From a virus, in the IMG/VR virus record IMGVR_UViG_3300020470_005894, positions 29,915 through 93,914 of that record: a DNA stretch of 64,000 bases; one strand, 5' to 3'. Numbering within the stretch: position 1 is the stretch's first letter; each line of letters opens with the position of its first letter. Shown here piece by piece: positions 59,801 through 64,000 of the stretch. A model generated the notes under the pieces. The model ran no database searches and was not told where the DNA came from. It was given only the letters and a program-made list of their open reading frames with translations. The translations under genes and the position numbers were made by a program.

Positions 59801-62800
59801 AGATGGCAGAAAGACGTTTCTGCCATTAAGTAAATCAATTGGTGGGTCAGTATCAAAATCGTATAAAGCTCTAAATGGCAGTCGATGAGTGGGCGGAGTT
59901 ACCAATACAGATGGTATGGCTTTTGCAGCGCCCATCATTTGGCAACCGCCAAAGTTAAACGAAGCAGAAATATGTATATTCAAATTATCTGGATTTTTGT
60001 CAGACCAGCTAGAAAAAGGTGTGTCTGGATCTGTACCGGTTGCAGATCCTTGGAATAAAAATCCGCCGTCTGTTGACGCGTATGCTACAGTAGTTGATCC
60101 AGTTGGAAACCAGTACTCGGGCGTAAATTTTGCAATACCTTCATTGTTTGAAGCGTAAATAGGCCAGTCGACAGCAATACCGGACTTGATAGAATTATAT
60201 AGTATGCCCGGGCCAAACAAAGGTTCAAGGATAGTTTGTTTTGTCATTTCTGCTCTAGTGCGAAGATTAGTTACATTAGAGTAGGACTCTTGTTTAACAT
60301 GTGATTTTCCCATTCTATATGCGACTATTGGGTTGTTGCCCGCGTTATATAGAAATCCGTCATTAAAGTGTCTCGCTACTTGCACCGTTCTAGATACAGG
60401 ATAAAAACCATCTGTAATTCTCATTTTTTTATTAGCTTTAACATTAAAACTAATAATATCAGGTATTGTGTTTTCGCCCTGAGAAAAGCCTTTTCTTCCG
60501 TTTGATAAAAGATTATTAAATGATGAAAAATCATCAGATGAAAAATACAAGGCTTCAAATTTGACGCCCTGCTGATCAAGGCGCCAGTGATTTCTAAACG
60601 TTTCTGTATTTCCCATAGTGACAAAAGAACTAGTTACTTCTGAACTGGCTGGGTTAGTTTCATGAGACCAAGCGTTTGGATCTTTAGAGTCCAAATATTT
60701 AAATATCTCAGATTCAGTTATATCCTGCCCTCCGGTAAAGCCAACAACAGTTAGCTGGCTTATATCAGTGGTAATACTTACATTACCAGCTTCCCCTGCT
60801 GTAACTTGTGTGAGAGTAATGCTTTGTGGCCCGTCACGCCCAGAGGGTGGCGCCTCGGAAACTGTAATTTTATTGCTATGCCCATTTCCATGCTCAATCG
60901 CCTCTTTGAGCGAGATTAGGAACTCCTGCTGTGTGCCTGACGATAAGTTAATGCTAACTGCGACTCCACCGTCTTCATCAGAACCTGCTGTGCCAGCACC
61001 AGTATCGGTGTTTGCGTCATTAGATAGTATTGTACCAGTCTCTGTGCTACCATCGCTAGCAGAATTAGTAATAACATATCTTACTGTCTTGCCATCAGAC
61101 GAAGTGATTGTAATGTGTTCCTTTTCTGTCATGCCAGACGTAGCGTCGCCATCAGCAACAGTAATTGTTGCTGTAGCTACTTTATTATTTTCTGGAAACG
61201 CATCACGCGCACTTGAGGATACAATTCCGCCATGAACTGTGAAAATATCACTCTTGTTTGTGGTCGAATTATCTATAGTATATGGACTATTTGCTGAACT
61301 CCTGTTAAGAGGCACCATTATATTTATTTCTGGGCTCAGAGGATCTCTTTTAATCTCCACTCTATCAAAAACGTTTTTTTGTCTAGCTAAACCATAATCT
61401 AAAGGAAAGCCTTTTTTATAATATTCGCTTAGGTGCTCTGATATATTAAATTCAGGTACAATAGAATAGTCTCTTCCCATATGTTTTAAATTACCAAAAA
61501 AATCTTCATACGTGTTATACCATGGGTCATTACCACGAATTTTATTAGTTGCATAAAACGGTGTATTATAGGGAAAAGTATGTCTATTATACTGGATTGA
61601 TGCTTTTCCTTGCCCATACCCAGATAAATCTGATACGGCCGAGCCTGTTCTGTAATAAAACAGCGTTGGCTTGGTGCTATACACTAATTCGCCGGCAGAT
61701 CCAGTTTTTAAATTCAAAATAGAAGCCGTTATCATTTGAGCAATTTGCATTCTTGCAAATGGCGCATCTGCGTCATTTCCGTAAGCAAATCCAATTCTAT
61801 CGTGTCTTGTGTGATTTTGAGAAACAGTCAATTGTGAAATAGTGGTTGAAACTATAGTGTTTCCAGCAGCTCCTGTATCTCTTTGTGTCAAAGTAATTGT
61901 CTGCGCGCCGTTAGCAGCGCTGCCAGGAAGATTAGTGGAAACAATTCTACCACCAGTTTTTGCATTGATAGCAGTATGTAGCCCAGATAAGAAATCATAT
62001 TGAGTTGCAGAAGACAAATTTATGCCTATAGCAATCATGTCGGGGCTGCCAAGATTAAAAGGCGTACTATTTGGCACTGTGCCGGCACCGATGTCATCTC
62101 CGATTGAAAGGCCGGCGCCTGTGGTTGCTGCACCAGATTCTGCGATATTAGAGACAATGAAAATAAAGACTGTACCATCAGTGGCAGTCATCTTAAGATA
62201 TTCTCCCTCGGTCATACCAGTAGACGCATCACCGTCTGCAACAGAGACTGTACAATTTGCAGCCGATAGTGTTGTTGCTCTATGTGGAGTGAGCCCAATT
62301 TGAAGGCCTTCACCACCCATGGAAGAAGTTAGGTATATTGGCTTATCATAAATATCTTGTCTGGGATCAAGCGGCCAGATACTTAAAGCGCTTATTTCAT
62401 AAGGTTGATAAGACTCCAATTGCGAAAACATTGAAAAAGGAGGTAGATCTCCAATATCTGTGATGCCGCCACCAACGGTGGCGCCTGTAAGCGCATTTTG
62501 TTGGTTAATCACTACACCGTTAATGAGAAATTTTGTATTATTGTTCCATTGCTTGTCGGCTGGCAGCTGCCCAATAGCCGAGGTTGCAATTAAATTACCA
62601 GAAAACCAATTTTGATATAAATGTGTGTCTGTCGCATCGGTAGTAGTTCCTATTCCAGCTGTTTGTTTTTGATAAGCTGTCTTCTCTCTTGTATAACCCC
62701 ATAATTTATGGACCGAAGAAATAGAATTTGCTGCGCGATCATTTGTTCTTAACCTTGTAGTGCCATCTGATGCAGCGCTTACGGTACCACCGCCCTGTAA

Positions 62801-63967
62801 GCTTTTCCAGAATGTTCTTTTGTCACCAGGTCTAAAATCATATTTTTTAATTGTTAAATACTCGATGATGTTATTGCCATCGATGTCTTTGGATTGGTCA
62901 TCGAAGAATCCTAATGCATGGCTACCAGTTTCTTCGTAGAAAGGGCGTGTTAATTTATAAGTTCTATACGAGTTTATATCTCTTGGGTATAATCTTTCTG
63001 AAAGTATGTAAGAATTAGCACCATTTTTTGCTGCAGCATGCCACAAAGAATAAGTTTGCGTATTTAAATGCTTATAGCTTGTCCAGCCGGCATATGCGCC
63101 TTCAGAAGAAGTAAGCAAATCGCCTGACGATATTCTTAAAATAGTATTCAAATCTTTGTTAGAGAAATAGTTGACGTGGTTCATCATTGATTGACGTACG
63201 CGTGCAGGTTGGCCTCCGACGTCATCAATATCATACGTAAAAGGTTTGTATTTTGTTGTTACTACAGGCTCATAATATTGGTTAAGATACGCACTGTCAG
63301 TATAAACTCTGCTTAATTCAGGGGCTTGTCCCAAGTCAAAGTTATCAGAAGAGCCGACATGTGCAGGCAAGGAGTGTCTACCGGAAGGCAAGTAAGTAAT
63401 CCAACCGTACTGGCCATCAGCATAAGTTTTACCAATTAGTATATCGCTTTTTTGTTGGCCCACAACCTCATCTAATCTGCTTCCTAAGGCAAAAGTTGTA
63501 GTTTGCGTTCTGCCAATTAATTCATTAGGTATAGGATCGCTCTCATCAATAGAAAAAGTATTTTTTCTCCTGTGATATCTTGCAATAGGGTGCTGCCCAC
63601 CTCTAATTTGCTTCCAAGAAGGATGTTGGTAAGGTCCATTTCTGTGATGCAAAAGACCATTTAGAACTTTAGCTATACCTTCCTGGTGGCCCACACCGCT
63701 GGCTCTAATTATTAATCCTCCTTGATAATTATAATCGGTATTAGATCTGTGCACAAAATCTTCATATCCTAGAAAATTTTGGCTGGCTGTTATTGGATCG
63801 TATATGGTACTATTAAGGCCTACAAAATCATTCATAAGATATTGTCCGCCGACATGCCCGGCAGAACGAGGATAGCCATAGTATGTGGTCTCGACGCCAT
63901 CAAGCGTACTCATACTGAAGCCAATCTCGCTCGAACTCATGAAATTTATTGATCCACTTAAAGCCAT
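56840..63967 (-). CDS. Very large virion structural protein (2375 aa) with two internal repeat domains
   Basis: Long ORF with two copies of a T(V/I)xVADGDA..GMTE...TQ..xGxAGN...ISQLTV domain; late-type motif at 63994. Confidence 0.6.
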   Translation of the reverse strand: MALSGSINFMSSSEIGFSMSTLDGVETTYYGYPRSAGHVGGQYLMNDFVGLNSTIYDPITASQNFLGYEDFVHRSNTDYNYQGGLIIRASGVGHQEGIAKVLNGLLHHRNGPYQHPSWKQIRGGQHPIARYHRRKNTFSIDESDPIPNELIGRTQTTTFALGSRLDEVVGQQKSDILIGKTYADGQYGWITYLPSGRHSLPAHVGSSDNFDLGQAPELSRVYTDSAYLNQYYEPVVTTKYKPFTYDIDDVGGQPARVRQSMMNHVNYFSNKDLNTILRISSGDLLTSSEGAYAGWTSYKHLNTQTYSLWHAAAKNGANSYILSERLYPRDINSYRTYKLTRPFYEETGSHALGFFDDQSKDIDGNNIIEYLTIKKYDFRPGDKRTFWKSLQGGGTVSAASDGTTRLRTNDRAANSISSVHKLWGYTREKTAYQKQTAGIGTTTDATDTHLYQNWFSGNLIATSAIGQLPADKQWNNNTKFLINGVVINQQNALTGATVGGGITDIGDLPPFSMFSQLESYQPYEISALSIWPLDPRQDIYDKPIYLTSSMGGEGLQIGLTPHRATTLSAANCTVSVADGDASTGMTEGEYLKMTATDGTVFIFIVSNIAESGAATTGAGLSIGDDIGAGTVPNSTPFNLGSPDMIAIGINLSSATQYDFLSGLHTAINAKTGGRIVSTNLPGSAANGAQTITLTQRDTGAAGNTIVSTTISQLTVSQNHTRHDRIGFAYGNDADAPFARMQIAQMITASILNLKTGSAGELVYSTKPTLFYYRTGSAVSDLSGYGQGKASIQYNRHTFPYNTPFYATNKIRGNDPWYNTYEDFFGNLKHMGRDYSIVPEFNISEHLSEYYKKGFPLDYGLARQKNVFDRVEIKRDPLSPEINIMVPLNRSSANSPYTIDNSTTNKSDIFTVHGGIVSSSARDAFPENNKVATATITVADGDATSGMTEKEHITITSSDGKTVRYVITNSASDGSTETGTILSNDANTDTGAGTAGSDEDGGVAVSINLSSGTQQEFLISLKEAIEHGNGHSNKITVSEAPPSGRDGPQSITLTQVTAGEAGNVSITTDISQLTVVGFTGGQDITESEIFKYLDSKDPNAWSHETNPASSEVTSSFVTMGNTETFRNHWRLDQQGVKFEALYFSSDDFSSFNNLLSNGRKGFSQGENTIPDIISFNVKANKKMRITDGFYPVSRTVQVARHFNDGFLYNAGNNPIVAYRMGKSHVKQESYSNVTNLRTRAEMTKQTILEPLFGPGILYNSIKSGIAVDWPIYASNNEGIAKFTPEYWFPTGSTTVAYASTDGGFLFQGSATGTDPDTPFSSWSDKNPDNLNIHISASFNFGGCQMMGAAKAIPSVLVTPPTHRLPFRALYDFDTDPPIDLLNGRNVFLPSDFVEADRRSTSDSAYTLPGFEYRRGTVGMAGTPGARYTSFPILSPEFGGAFDNSFKDEILSSRFNVDANLYHSAINNYLAETMEFFIADSEPSINIGDLSSYPKGLKLPIITRNSLNAQFSEGDLGREFVMEVKLKAGKDQVMCEGPRKAGIGGKFLDGSNSPLLAGESSLTKLGSTMRGYIYGPAMECVTPNIHGYGTNAAVRGAGKALLPDLGQTSAFDPILVEEPILASYDFELYLYFNLQDPAYQAYTPPYFYGASSKILKYEPQAIDDTYAFLWGQSLKNSFNFERYDTGSYHGDERALCLTLPTTSSYEVTGQNRMKIDASVEFSNLLFVGPAAGADTFAEIQYASYIAPWWVCPVLDFSSSFAYTSSFASNIGQTGQILEEPLEKTGLVKNIYHDIKTGRGLWGGYGTDPYDKKAIGAVLKEEALGELDKGLYLEIKSMFSDTQEENISGSVGFVANNASADGVTPGGFFTLPPEENNTTNKTGSLAPRIDFETKKYPIGKIANSKTVHEAIVIIPYLDTPIKYSPKMSEQTIEFIEGYHDLYKPLDDGTHSNANYIMGKAETGFYNLYSTVEIIPGKHFLPIQPVLFQNMLSMILTSKYIPRHKRGQFYHGHDFGNDLVPNQKNYNLLGCSTPAVFNKNLDSLLQTDVGTMLSTLIGDIQPFLNTDNLANPYHNLGYQLPPEFDFIHNGNVSPFQMMVVPFTHTFSKQDLIDIYQGIMPTISQKIEKAISTLSISPNSLSPMNSDGIMPEWMPYGVKSVVSKEAAFRAKIKTIIEQIVDTTLEFDGPQERDAAVIAYINQILAGQGNYDDLGSAGVIATESGGRTFESIFEEAFNTPGSTDRLYFKDLGYENFLSPPLRAQGMLKDPAFFKAYVDEEKSIIPNWSTKDFYKNIKFMVFKVKQRGAKDFKKYRDRQVHELMRAKYVTPYAHTGENQKQVSGESILENITYSEVWGSNWPYDYFSLIETLKIDIDMLVNK

Positions 63968-64000
63968 TTTTTCCTCTTGTTTATCCTATCATATAATTAG

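Noticed and set aside
467-62303. Numerous plus-strand ORFs of 60-190 aa in the ORF track
   Set aside because: They lie antisense to long, motif-bearing minus-strand genes and show no recognisable motifs; treated as shadow ORFs.
1-64000. Stop-codon reassignment, as seen in some large phages
   Set aside because: Core genes are intact in the standard code and TAA, TAG and TGA all end tightly packed genes.

Overview
A 64-kb segment of a large T4-like myovirus (Caudoviricetes) genome, AT-rich, standard genetic code, with essentially every gene on the minus strand. Reading in the direction of transcription (right to left): very large putative baseplate/fibre proteins; RuvC-like resolvase and primase; a fused Mre11-Rad50 (SbcD-SbcC) nuclease; a possible lysis cluster; terminase large subunit and portal; prohead protease; a phage-encoded ribosomal protein bS21; a 1891-aa fibre-like protein; scaffold and major capsid protein; neck, sheath, tube, tail chaperone, tape measure and baseplate genes; then a miniature family-A DNA polymerase coupled to a divergent tubulin/FtsZ-like protein and a gp32-like SSB. 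Signals the ORF track does not explain: (1) a structured 5' leader with two hairpins whose loops are complementary (19862-19960); (2) a T7 slippery site that would fuse the tail chaperone to an unannotated ORF by a +1/-2 frameshift; (3) a recurring ACTA(T/A)TTA motif upstream of structural genes; (4) two unannotated micro-ORFs with Shine-Dalgarno sites; (5) a candidate leaderless ruvC transcript alongside Shine-Dalgarno-led late genes and bS21. All protein calls come from motifs and gene order read by eye; no database search was run.
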